Positions 8,609 to 16,466 of a stretch of 64,000 nt of DNA are shown piece after piece. Each line of letters begins with the position of its first letter. Position 1 is the stretch's first letter. The position numbers were made by a program, and so were the translations under genes. This DNA is from a virus (Duplodnaviria > Caudoviricetes): IMG/VR virus record IMGVR_UViG_3300047545_000306, positions 1-64,000 of that record. One strand, 5' to 3'. The notes below the pieces were generated by a model. The model saw only the letters and a program-made list of their open reading frames with translations. It searched no databases and had not been told where the DNA came from.

Positions 8609-8998
8609 CTACTTATTGTTTAGTTTAAACAGACGCAAGTTGTTGCAGTTGGAGCATAGCAAATCACTGTTACTATACTTTAGCTTGATGGATTCTAGGT
8701 CCTCGGCGTTCTTGATGCCAGAAATTGCTGCAGAAAGATCTGCAATGTCTACAAAGTTCATTTGAGAAAAGTGTAGGTACTGGCTACATCCACGACAAGG
8801 CTTTGCCATTAGAAGGTTCTCGCCTAGATTTGCTGCCTTTTCTTGGTACTTGTTTGTTTCAATCATGACCACTTCTTTCTTTTTGTTGTTGCCTAAATAA
8901 TAAGAGATGGTTCCTCTAGAGCATCCCAAGATCTTTTCAATCTCTCTGTAGCTCTTGCCTTCATCTCTAAGTCTAAAAATATCTTCTTTATATCCCAT
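8609..8998 (-). CDS. HTH protein with degenerate HNH-like zinc finger
   Basis: GKSYREIEKILGCSRGTISYY; CxxC..LLCSNC lacking the catalytic His. Confidence 0.6.
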   Translation of the reverse strand: MGYKEDIFRLRDEGKSYREIEKILGCSRGTISYYLGNNKKKEVVMIETNKYQEKAANLGENLLMAKPCRGCSQYLHFSQMNFVDIADLSAAISGIKNAEDLESIKLKYSNSDLLCSNCNNLRLFKLNNK

Positions 8999-9033
8999 GT
9001 ATTAAGTATATCAGAATCATTGTATTTGTCAAG

Positions 9034-9114
9034 TACTCCTGGTGGGATTCGAACCCACACAACTTTCGTCTCCAGATTTTAAGTCTAGTATGTCTGCCAT
9101 TCCATCACAAGAGC
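9034..9114 (-). tRNA. tRNA-Leu(TAA)
   Basis: Loop CTTAAAA, long variable arm. Confidence 0.92.
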
Positions 9115-9115
9115 G

Positions 9116-9189
9116 TACTGCGACTGGGACTTGAACCCAGATATCCCAACTTATAAGATTGGTTCATTAACCTGTTATGATATCGCAGA
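9116..9189 (-). tRNA. tRNA-Ile(TAT)
   Basis: CCAAT-CTTATAA-GTTGG anticodon arm; T-loop TTCAAGT; U1:U72 mismatch. Confidence 0.8.
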
Positions 9190-9190
9190 G

Positions 9191-9264
9191 TGGGGAGTGT
9201 GGGACTTGAACCCACGACCGACGGATTATGAGTCCGCTGCTCTAACCAGCTGAGCTAACTCCCC
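9191..9264 (-). tRNA. tRNA-CAT (Ile2 or elongator Met)
   Basis: GCGGA-CTCATAA-TCCGT; no initiator features. Confidence 0.9.
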
Positions 9265-9366
9265 TGGCGATACTGCTTTATCCTTTTCTTAATCGCAGGC
9301 TTGACAAAGCAGTACCAGCGGTTTTTAAACATAAAGATATACGATCTAATTGGGTACTTGAGAAGT

Positions 9367-9591
9367 CTATACTTCTGTCTGTGACTTCTCTTCGATGCTT
9401 TTAATGACTGCCTTGATAGCATATTCATAATAAGAGTCTTCGCCCTTGTTAGCATACAATTCGCTTTCTAGATGTTTAATAATTTCATTATATGTGGCTG
9501 CTCGGTAAAACTTTTTTTGGTCATCCAGCAGTGCTTGCGTTACATGCAAGTATGACTCTGGAAAGTTGCATAGAACGTCAGTACTTGTCAT
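9367..9591 (-). CDS. hypothetical protein
   Basis: ORF. Confidence 0.5.
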   Translation of the reverse strand: MTSTDVLCNFPESYLHVTQALLDDQKKFYRAATYNEIIKHLESELYANKGEDSYYEYAIKAVIKSIEEKSQTEV

Positions 9592-9799
9592 GTGTCACAC
9601 CGTGCTTGTCATCAATGTACTTGTGAATCTTTCGCAGTGCTACCGCCTTTGAAACGGCAAAGCCTACCAACAGAAATACAGCGTTCCAAAAGAACTCTGA
9701 CACCATGTGTTCAAGTCCGAATGTTACCTCAATGATTGTAGAGAACAGGTCTCCACCATCGTGATCATGTTCATCCATTAGAAATAGCTCTGTTAGCAT
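9578..9799 (-). CDS. small His-rich membrane protein
   Basis: One hydrophobic helix flanked by HDH and HKYIDDKHGVTH. Confidence 0.55.
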   Translation of the reverse strand: MLTELFLMDEHDHDGGDLFSTIIEVTFGLEHMVSEFFWNAVFLLVGFAVSKAVALRKIHKYIDDKHGVTHDKY

Positions 9800-10095
9800 T
9801 AGTCCTCCTGGACTACCGCAAAGATGTCACGGTAAGGCAGAATGACAAGCTCTTCGTTCTTGTGCTGAATCTCAGTACCTGAGTACTTTGAATAGATTAC
9901 CTTGTCGCCAACTGACACCTGCATATCCATTAGGGATCCGTCTGCAAACTTAGCACCTGGACCTACGGCAATAACAATGCCCTCAGTTGGCTTCTCCTTG
10001 GCTGTACCTGCAATGATAAGACCTGACGATGTCTTCTGCTCTTCTTCAACGATTGGCTTAACGACAATCTTGTCTTCTAGTGGCTTCAAGCTCAT
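9799..10095 (-). CDS. groES: co-chaperonin GroES
   Basis: LKPLEDKIVV..TSSGLII..AKEKP..AVGPG..VGDKVIYSKYSGTEI. Confidence 0.97.
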   Translation of the reverse strand: MSLKPLEDKIVVKPIVEEEQKTSSGLIIAGTAKEKPTEGIVIAVGPGAKFADGSLMDMQVSVGDKVIYSKYSGTEIQHKNEELVILPYRDIFAVVQED

Positions 10096-10304
10096 TTGTG
10101 CTCCTTAATTAGTTGAATTGCTTTTTCAATTCCATGTTTATAGTCAATGTTACCAGTTGCTAGCTCTTTTTGCAATACCTTAATGAAAACTTTTTTAGAT
10201 TCTTTTAGTGCTGCTGAGGTGCCAGTGTCAAATCCCTCTTGCCATCCATCGCTATGACCCTTGTCATAATAATTAATAGTCTTACGTCTAAGTAAGATAG
10301 CCAT
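10092..10304 (-). CDS. hypothetical protein
   Basis: AAGGAG RBS. Confidence 0.6.
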   Translation of the reverse strand: MAILLRRKTINYYDKGHSDGWQEGFDTGTSAALKESKKVFIKVLQKELATGNIDYKHGIEKAIQLIKEHK

Positions 10305-10305
10305 A

Positions 10306-11028
10306 CTACTCCTTGATATTTGCTAAAACTTCCATTGTGGCTGGGAAGGCTTCCTTTGTCAATGCCTCTACCGCCTTTGCATACTCCTGGATCTCAACCT
10401 GTGCATCGTGCCCCAGACGCTGATCCAGGAATGTCATTGCTCCCTGTAGGGATACAGTCCAACGCCAACGAACATACATTGCGTATGCTGGTAGGAATAG
10501 ACGTGCAATCTCTGGGGCAACGTTGTCTTCCATAGCCTCATGGTAAAGCTTTACGCCTTCAACGATAGACTCACGAAGCTTGTTAGTATAGTGAGCACCA
10601 TTGCTAAAGTGAATTGGATCTCCACTACCCTGCTTGCTATTTTCTGGCTTAGAACGCCATGAGGATGCAGATGGTACATAAAACTCTTCGTCCTCAGTTA
10701 TATATCGACGTGAAGACTCGTTCCAACCATTCTGGTCATCTACATGAGTGGAGGATACTGCGTACTTCCACCACTGTCTTGCGACAAAGAGTGGGGCATA
10801 GACCTCAAATGTAAGTGCTGCATGTCTGAAAGGACTTGTGTGTCCTTCTTTAATAAGGAATTTAATGAGCTTTGAATCTCGTTCAGAGAATCCGTCACTT
10901 TCCTTATCATAACTAACACGAGCAGCGTTAACAACGCTAAGGTCATCTCCAAGAGTATCAACCAGTCTGACATATCCCTTATCCAATACTTTAATAGGTT
11001 CTGGTGTTGCTTTAATAATTGTTGTCAT
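10306..11028 (-). CDS. thyX: flavin-dependent thymidylate synthase
   Basis: VVNAARVS..GHTSPF..APLFVARQ..NESSRRY..PEIARLFLP..AQVEI; start at 11028 (GGAGAG RBS, TTGACA-17-TATAAT upstream). Confidence 0.93.
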   Translation of the reverse strand: MTTIIKATPEPIKVLDKGYVRLVDTLGDDLSVVNAARVSYDKESDGFSERDSKLIKFLIKEGHTSPFRHAALTFEVYAPLFVARQWWKYAVSSTHVDDQNGWNESSRRYITEDEEFYVPSASSWRSKPENSKQGSGDPIHFSNGAHYTNKLRESIVEGVKLYHEAMEDNVAPEIARLFLPAYAMYVRWRWTVSLQGAMTFLDQRLGHDAQVEIQEYAKAVEALTKEAFPATMEVLANIKE

Positions 11029-11085
11029 TGTCTCTCCCATGATTGTTATATGTCTATTATACGGCTGCCCTGCTTGGTTGTCAAG

Positions 11086-11157
11086 CACTCCCATCTGGAC
11101 TCGAACCAAAAATACCAGATCCAAAATCTGGGGTGTTGCCAATTACACCATAGGAGT
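11086..11157 (-). tRNA. tRNA-Gln(TTG)
   Basis: CCAGA-TTTTGGA-TCTGG. Confidence 0.9.
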
Positions 11158-11160
11158 ATT

Positions 11161-11245
11161 GCTCCCAGCATATTGGCTACTAATACCTGGGACTGTTGGG
11201 TGTGCATTACTTTCGCAATTGCACTCATTTAAGAGTGTAGCCACC
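11161..11245 (-). ncRNA. putative structured, pseudoknotted ncRNA between tRNA-Leu and tRNA-Gln
   Basis: GNRA-capped hairpin, plus a 3' hairpin whose loop GUAGCC is complementary to the 5' GGCUAC. Confidence 0.55.
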
Positions 11246-11246
11246 G

Positions 11247-11319
11247 TGCTTCCCATAGGATTCGAACCTATACTGATCAGTGTTTGAAGCTGATGTCTCT
11301 ACCGTTGGACTAGAGAAGC
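11247..11319 (-). tRNA. tRNA-Leu(CAA), short-variable-arm actinobacterial type
   Basis: D-arm GTCCAACGGTAGAGAC, loop TTCAAAC, short variable region, A73. Confidence 0.8.
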
Positions 11320-11393
11320 TGGGGTGAGCGAGGGGAATCGAACCCCCATTCTATGGACCACAACCATATGTTCTACCATTGAACTACGCACAC
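11320..11393 (-). tRNA. tRNA-His(GTG)
   Basis: TATGG-TTGTGGT-CCATA; C73 and encoded CCA. Confidence 0.9.
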
Positions 11394-11395
11394 AG

Positions 11396-11478
11396 TGGAA
11401 GTGGTCAGATTCGAACTGACTTAGGTGCACCCAACGGTTTTACAGACCGCCTCGCCTCTCCAACTGCGACGCACTTCC
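11396..11478 (-). tRNA. tRNA-Tyr(GTA)
   Basis: GCGGT-CTGTAAA-ACCGT; long variable arm. Confidence 0.9.
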
Positions 11479-11503
11479 TTGTATTTATATATTTAGTTAT
11501 CAG

Positions 11504-11575
11504 TACCAATAAAAGGATTCGAACCTTTAACCCTCTGCTTCGTAGGCAAATGCTCTTCCGTTGAGCTATATTGGT
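11504..11575 (-). tRNA. tRNA-Arg(ACG)
   Basis: TTTGC-CTACGAA-GCAGA. Confidence 0.9.
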
Positions 11576-11576
11576 T

Positions 11577-11650
11577 TGGCATAGTCTGTAAGAATCGAAC
11601 TCACGCTAAGAGGTTTGGAATCTCTTGTGCTACCATTACACTAAGACCAC
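11577..11650 (-). tRNA. tRNA-Trp(CCA)
   Basis: Loop TTCCAAA, G73, encoded CCA. Confidence 0.88.
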
Positions 11651-11680
11651 ATATGTTTATTAAATTATAGATTGTTTGAT

Positions 11681-11770
11681 TTATAGTGAGCGAATGCTCT
11701 GGAGGCTGGCTTGATGTTGCCACGAGTGTGCCAAGCTATATCGCTGTCGCAATTGCTGGTTTGACTTCAT
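11681..11770 (-). CDS. 29-aa peptide leading the tRNA array
   Basis: MKSNQQLRQRYSLAHSWQHQASLQSIRSL with GGAGA RBS and TTGCAA-17-TACAAT promoter. Confidence 0.55.
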   Translation of the reverse strand: MKSNQQLRQRYSLAHSWQHQASLQSIRSL

Positions 11771-11818
11771 AGTTATCTCCATGTATTTATTGTAGCATAT
11801 GTTTTGTTTTATTGCAAG

Positions 11819-11890
11819 TAGTCCCAAGGGGAATCGAACCCCTCCCACCGCCGTGAAAGGGCAGCGTTCTAACCGATAAACTATGAGACC
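11819..11890 (-). tRNA. tRNA-Glu(TTC)
   Basis: CTGCC-CTTTCAC-GGCGG. Confidence 0.92.
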
Positions 11891-11917
11891 AAGAAAACCT
11901 CCCCTGTGAAATCGTTC

Positions 11918-12871
11918 TTATGAGTGATGCTTGGAGAGGTTCTCCATATAAGTATAACAAAAATCTTGCCACTCGTCAAGCAAACCTATCGATTTATAAA
12001 AATCTTCTATGGATCTTTCTGGATTGACGACCGAGAACTTCCCAGTGTTATTTATAAATAGTTTATCAATCTCTGCTATGGTCTCTTTGTCGTCCGACTT
12101 GTAGGTAAACTTTGATCTGTATGTTGGATATGGTTCACCAAATACTGCCATTCGATACTCCTGGTCCATGTGACCAACATGGTTTCTAAAGTTCATTGCA
12201 TATATGTCCCAGCCACTCAGGAATGCCCTTATCGACATCGACTGTTCTTCTGATCTAATGCTAGCTGCATTGATGATGCCAACCTCTTTTACATACCTAC
12301 CCTGCGTAAAAAAGAAATGTGAGGATGAGTAGTTAGTTAAAAAGAAATCTTCTGTGGTCTCTACACTCTGTTCCATTCTTCCAACTAGATTCCCACTGAT
12401 GTATCCTATGGCTGTACGATCTGCTTCTAGGAATTTCCACAGTGTCTTTTCATTTGGACTGTATGGCATGTTGCCATGTACCCCTGGAATCTGCTTAGAC
12501 AGAATAACCTTGTCCTGCTTTAATGATTGCAGCCTGGCGTAGTCATTAATAATTAGCTCATCCCAGTTCTTCATAAATGTCATGTGAGAATCTATCATCA
12601 TGAAGTAGTCTTCATTGTCATAGAACTTTAAAAGCTCATGTCTAACTAAATTAATGCTTGGTCTAGTGTCAACATCATACGAAATCAAATTGGAGGTATA
12701 CTGAGATACGTCTGGAATTGGTTTTGCCTTGTACTGGAGGGCTATGGCGAACCTGATACGCTCTGGATGCCTAGCGTTAGATATTGCTGACTGAAGTGTT
12801 GGAACTAAAAGCAGATCTTCGTATGCTGGAATGGTTATAAATATAGTTGGGTGCCCCATAAGGCTATCCAC
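11918..12871 (-). CDS. GT60-like (Skp1/Gnt1-type, GlcNAc domain) glycosyltransferase
   Basis: TIFITIPAYED..A.HPERIRFAI..YFMMIDSHMTF.KNWD..EEQSMSIRAF..GWDIY. Confidence 0.75.
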   Translation of the reverse strand: MDSLMGHPTIFITIPAYEDLLLVPTLQSAISNARHPERIRFAIALQYKAKPIPDVSQYTSNLISYDVDTRPSINLVRHELLKFYDNEDYFMMIDSHMTFMKNWDELIINDYARLQSLKQDKVILSKQIPGVHGNMPYSPNEKTLWKFLEADRTAIGYISGNLVGRMEQSVETTEDFFLTNYSSSHFFFTQGRYVKEVGIINAASIRSEEQSMSIRAFLSGWDIYAMNFRNHVGHMDQEYRMAVFGEPYPTYRSKFTYKSDDKETIAEIDKLFINNTGKFSVVNPERSIEDFYKSIGLLDEWQDFCYTYMENLSKHHS

Positions 12872-13447
12872 CTATACTATCTTTGAAGACTTTGTGTAGT
12901 CTTTGCCGAAGTCAGAGAATAGGCTCTTGTCTGTCTCACGATTTACAATGCCTCGTGACCAAGAGAACCCTGCGTCTCCACCCCATGCAAGCCACATGAT
13001 GTAGCCATTAGATGGGTTAGCCTGGTTAGCCCAATCCTTACCCTTCTTATCTACTTCGTGGCGTGAGAAGTATGAGTACATACGCTTAACAGTACTAAGA
13101 GAGATAGACTCTCCTCTTGCTAGTTGCCCTGCACGAGTCCAGCCTACAGATGTTCCAGCTCCATTAGCCTTGCCATCTTCCTTAAACTTAATAGCCTTAC
13201 GTGCTGCTGCACGTGCACCTGCTGGAGGAGAGTACCCATCAGCCTTTTCAATAGAGTCAGTATCATAGACTACATCATCAGAGTCTTCGAAGAGGTCGTC
13301 TGCCTTCTCAACTGGCACACAGTTTGGAACCATGTTACCATTGTCTCCTGGCTTCATCCCTCTTTGGGTGTAGCCGTCCCAGCATGCTTTTGTTGTTGTC
13401 ATGCATTTTTCGCATTCACATGCTGGATTATTCTCGTCGTGCTCCAT
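12872..13447 (-). CDS. conserved phage protein (CWDGY..VPNCVP motif plus TVKRMYSYFSRH..LAWGG domain)
   Basis: Motifs recurrent in phage proteins; function unclear. Confidence 0.7.
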   Translation of the reverse strand: MEHDENNPACECEKCMTTTKACWDGYTQRGMKPGDNGNMVPNCVPVEKADDLFEDSDDVVYDTDSIEKADGYSPPAGARAAARKAIKFKEDGKANGAGTSVGWTRAGQLARGESISLSTVKRMYSYFSRHEVDKKGKDWANQANPSNGYIMWLAWGGDAGFSWSRGIVNRETDKSLFSDFGKDYTKSSKIV

Positions 13448-13896
13448 TAGTCCATTTCCTCTGTCTCAATACTTGCTCTGATTTGCCAGCAGAACTTCTG
13501 AGAAGCTGTCTGACGATCTGCGAAGAAGTTTGCCAATCCAAATTCATTAGATGCTGTGGCAAGCTTTCCTGCAATAATAAGGTCTTCGATGTGCTTCTCA
13601 ATAGACATATACAGGTCTACAAGCATAGGCTGTGGGTCCCCAACAATTGTTGGCTCCTCTACGGTTGACATGTCGAAGAAGTCTGTTAGTCTATATGGTG
13701 AGTATACCTTCATGATCCTAAGCCACTCAGCGTATGTATCTGTTGCTGCATCGTAGCTCTCGTAGATGTCACCAAAGAACTCGTGGAACTGCTTGAAGTC
13801 ATCCCCCTCAACATTCCAGTGGTAGCCGTGTGCCTTAAATTTAAGAGCAACGTTATCGGCAAGTAGTTTTTTTAATAGATTAGTTAATTCATTCAT
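13447..13896 (-). CDS. dps: Dps/ferritin-like protein
   Basis: KAHGYHWNVEG..F..HEFF..YE..D.YAE. Confidence 0.9.
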   Translation of the reverse strand: MNELTNLLKKLLADNVALKFKAHGYHWNVEGDDFKQFHEFFGDIYESYDAATDTYAEWLRIMKVYSPYRLTDFFDMSTVEEPTIVGDPQPMLVDLYMSIEKHIEDLIIAGKLATASNEFGLANFFADRQTASQKFCWQIRASIETEEMD

Positions 13897-13925
13897 AGTA
13901 AAATTATATCATAGGTATGGGGATA

Positions 13926-13952
13926 GAGCAGTTTAAACTCATGCTCAGGAGT
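13926..13952 (-). ncRNA. compact H-type pseudoknot in intergenic region
   Basis: ACUC-CU-GAGCA-U-GAGU-UUAAAC-UGCUC. Confidence 0.45.
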
Positions 13953-13966
13953 ATGTTTTTGCTACC

Positions 13967-14302
13967 TTACTTAGTAGGAGCTTTCTTAGCTGCAGGCTTC
14001 TTAGCAGGAGCCTTCTGAGCTGCTGCGTTTGCTGCCTTTACGTATGCTTCTGTAAGTACCTTAACAGCGTCAGACTCTGCGTTTGCGGTTGCTAGTGCAG
14101 CATCAACGTCCTCTACCTTTGGTACCTTACCGAATGCCTTATCGTTTGGATTAAAGTATCTAATCGCTACTGGTGCAACTGCTGCTACCAGCGATAGTGC
14201 AAGCTTGCCTGGATCAGTTACCCCAGACATATACAATGCGATTGCTGCACCAAGGACTGATCGTCCATATGATTCTAGCAATGCTTTTAGTTGTGCATTC
14301 AT
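13967..14302 (-). CDS. putative holin / membrane protein
   Basis: Two hydrophobic segments, R..NPND.AFG motif, basic Ala/Lys tail. Confidence 0.55.
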   Translation of the reverse strand: MNAQLKALLESYGRSVLGAAIALYMSGVTDPGKLALSLVAAVAPVAIRYFNPNDKAFGKVPKVEDVDAALATANAESDAVKVLTEAYVKAANAAAQKAPAKKPAAKKAPTK

Positions 14303-14312
14303 GTTTTCTCCT

Positions 14313-14498
14313 TTACCACGAAAAGCGGTTGTTTTCTAGATGTCTACTATGACTATAGCAAACATCAATTATACGGTCATCTTCCGTATAAAGATCGGTA
14401 GCCTCTTCCTCACAGGAAGAGATTTCACAAACCTTGTAATTATACTCATCAAGATCTGTGTAGTCTTTTAGTCCTATCATAAATTCCTCCTCTGGCAT
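14313..14498 (-). CDS. hypothetical protein
   Basis: C..C..C..H pattern. Confidence 0.5.
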   Translation of the reverse strand: MPEEEFMIGLKDYTDLDEYNYKVCEISSCEEEATDLYTEDDRIIDVCYSHSRHLENNRFSW

Positions 14499-14524
14499 TA
14501 GCCAAAATCAGTTTATCATAGTTT

Positions 14525-14932
14525 TTATTGCTTTGGAAGCACTCTCTTGAGTTCCTCGTAAGCCTCCGATACCTGCTTAGTTAGATCCACGTGCAAACCA
14601 TCTATAGTACTTCCAAAAGTAGAATAGTACTCTAGTGTTGGAGAGATCTTTTTATCAAAGTCTTCCAATGCTTGTTGAACATCCTCAATGTACTGAAACG
14701 CCCAGTCTCTTGAGTCAGATATGAACTTTACGAATCCATCATTCTTTTCAATCTTCTGGTCAGCAAGCTCTGTAAAAACTTTTTCATACTCTTGCTTGAG
14801 TGTTTCTAGGTTGAGTGCAGACTCCACGTATAGCTCTAGAGCCTTACGGTAATGCTTGCGTTGGATGATCTTATCTCCAACCAAGACTAGTACCGTTATG
14901 ATTGAGGCGATGTGCAGTAGGGCATCTGTCAT
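14525..14932 (-). CDS. membrane-anchored hypothetical protein
   Basis: N-terminal TM, coiled coil, SRDWAFQYIE. Confidence 0.65.
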   Translation of the reverse strand: MTDALLHIASIITVLVLVGDKIIQRKHYRKALELYVESALNLETLKQEYEKVFTELADQKIEKNDGFVKFISDSRDWAFQYIEDVQQALEDFDKKISPTLEYYSTFGSTIDGLHVDLTKQVSEAYEELKRVLPKQ

Positions 14933-15171
14933 TAGATTTCCTCTCCACCGTCTCTAACAAGAAGAACGATTGCACCGTTTTGTTCTAGTGCATCCTTCAC
15001 TCTTACCATATACTCAATAGCACTACGCTTCTCTTCGTCAAGCAGCCTCATGAATATCTCTTCCTTAGCCTTGACAGTAATGAAATGATCATTGTCGATT
15101 ATCTGTACCCCAAAGTTTTTGGGTGGTGTGATTGACCGAAAAGCAGTCTTCATCGCATCTGTGTACATCAT
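14932..15171 (-). CDS. hypothetical protein
   Basis: Start MMYT coupled to the whiB stop. Confidence 0.6.
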   Translation of the reverse strand: MMYTDAMKTAFRSITPPKNFGVQIIDNDHFITVKAKEEIFMRLLDEEKRSAIEYMVRVKDALEQNGAIVLLVRDGGEEI

Positions 15172-15458
15172 TACTCCGTATCTGTTGTTAGGTTTTGCCA
15201 GGTCTCTGCCCATTGCTGTTTTGTTTTGTGTCTGTTAAACTCTCTAGAGATCTTACCATTTTCAAAGTAGACCCCTCCCCAGACTCCCCATCCCTTAGAG
15301 GATACGGATACTGCAAAACATTTTCTAGCAACAGGGCATCCACCACAAAGCTTGTCTATGGCTGGTCTGAGCTGCTCATCTTCCTCGTACTTGTCAAAGA
15401 AGAATTCTGTGTCAAAGTTTAGACATGCAGCTTCCTTTTCCCATTCATGCTTATCCAT
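15171..15458 (-). CDS. whiB: WhiB-family Fe-S transcription factor
   Basis: W...AAC..FF..CGGCPVARKC..GVWGG. Confidence 0.9.
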   Translation of the reverse strand: MDKHEWEKEAACLNFDTEFFFDKYEEDEQLRPAIDKLCGGCPVARKCFAVSVSSKGWGVWGGVYFENGKISREFNRHKTKQQWAETWQNLTTDTE

Positions 15459-15461
15459 GAG

Positions 15462-15671
15462 TTACCTCACAAACTTGCTAGGGATCTCCCAACCATCAGC
15501 AGTTGCCTCGTAACGCTTTTGTACGATCCATTTGCCATTAACGTATGCACCGTCTTTTGACATTATGCCGTTTTCTTTGGTTTTGTTTTCGACGACTGTC
15601 CAGCCATCCCAAAAAAGAAACTTGTTATATCCAACAATTTCTTCCATTTTTTCAAGTGAGCTAATTATCAT
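15462..15671 (-). CDS. hypothetical protein
   Basis: GAGGAG RBS; WDGW motif. Confidence 0.65.
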   Translation of the reverse strand: MIISSLEKMEEIVGYNKFLFWDGWTVVENKTKENGIMSKDGAYVNGKWIVQKRYEATADGWEIPSKFVR

Positions 15672-15707
15672 AATTACTCCTCATGTTGTATTTTTATATT
15701 TATTTTA

Positions 15708-16058
15708 TTAGTATCTATAAACGCCAACTTCAACATCCTTCTCATCGGCTGCAGTAACCTGGCTTGATAGCGGTTCCTTTGGCTTGCTGAAGTATGCGAA
15801 GTAGTCTATAATAGACAGGTTTTTGTCAATCCACGTTGGTGGAACCTTGACAAGCTTAATCTTGATTCCTCTTGCTTTTAAGCTACGCTCTGAAACATTG
15901 GAAAACTCTGATGCCATAGCATTTATGTTCATCGGTCCTGCAGAGAATATGGTTATGCTTCCATCTCCATCTTTTAGAGATGCCATAGCTGTTCCCATAG
16001 CTCTTAGGAATACTGAATAATCGTTAAATCCTTTTGTTCCCTGTATTACCAAGATCAT
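15708..16058 (-). CDS. SLOG/YspA-like protein
   Basis: MILVIQGTKGFNDY resembles the GSR.F.DY start of YspA-SLOG. Confidence 0.45.
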   Translation of the reverse strand: MILVIQGTKGFNDYSVFLRAMGTAMASLKDGDGSITIFSAGPMNINAMASEFSNVSERSLKARGIKIKLVKVPPTWIDKNLSIIDYFAYFSKPKEPLSSQVTAADEKDVEVGVYRY

Positions 16059-16455
16059 TTTGTCTTCCCTCCGTTAGCTTATCTACAATAAAAATCATCT
16101 TATCCAATTGTACATCATCGATAGCCATCATGTCAACTACTCTTGCAGAATCATTATCGATATAGCCATCCTCAATGTCTGCAGAGTATACAGAATTATC
16201 CTTAATCCAGTACGCCTTTTCTTCAGCTATTATCACCCTGACAAACATAGACTCATTGTGTATTGATGCCTGTGTTGGTGCTGCTACAGGAGCCAACTCC
16301 CAGTTAAACGGAAGAATGCCTTTGATAAGTTCGTGAGTCTTTGACTGAGACTGTCTTAGATTAACAACTGGTAGTTTTGATGACTGAATAACTACCCTCT
16401 TTGCAACAAAAATCATTGTGAGGATAGTTACCAGCGATCCAATAAAGTAGTCCAT
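16024..16455 (-). CDS. membrane-anchored hypothetical protein (leaderless)
   Basis: N-terminal TM; TATAAT-5-ATG. Confidence 0.65.
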   Translation of the reverse strand: MDYFIGSLVTILTMIFVAKRVVIQSSKLPVVNLRQSQSKTHELIKGILPFNWELAPVAAPTQASIHNESMFVRVIIAEEKAYWIKDNSVYSADIEDGYIDNDSARVVDMMAIDDVQLDKMIFIVDKLTEGRQNDLGNTGNKRI

Positions 16456-16466
16456 ACCTAATTATA

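Noticed and set aside
9116-9189. Alternative initiator tRNA for the ATT start
   Set aside because: Has a 1:72 mismatch but lacks the three consecutive G-C pairs in the anticodon stem.
8502-11142. N-terminal ORF extensions (to 8558 and 11142)
   Set aside because: They run through tRNA-Arg and tRNA-Gln; downstream starts have proper promoter or RBS signals.
11161-11245. Theta/HDV-like ribozyme at a tRNA 3' end
   Set aside because: The position fits, but no P3/L3, P1.1 or catalytic J4/2 C can be mapped; kept as an unknown ncRNA.
11247-11319. UGA suppressor tRNA (TCA in the loop)
   Set aside because: The stem register centres CAA; the D-arm and A73 fit actinobacterial tRNA-Leu(CAA); TGA, TAG and TAA all act as normal stops in this window.
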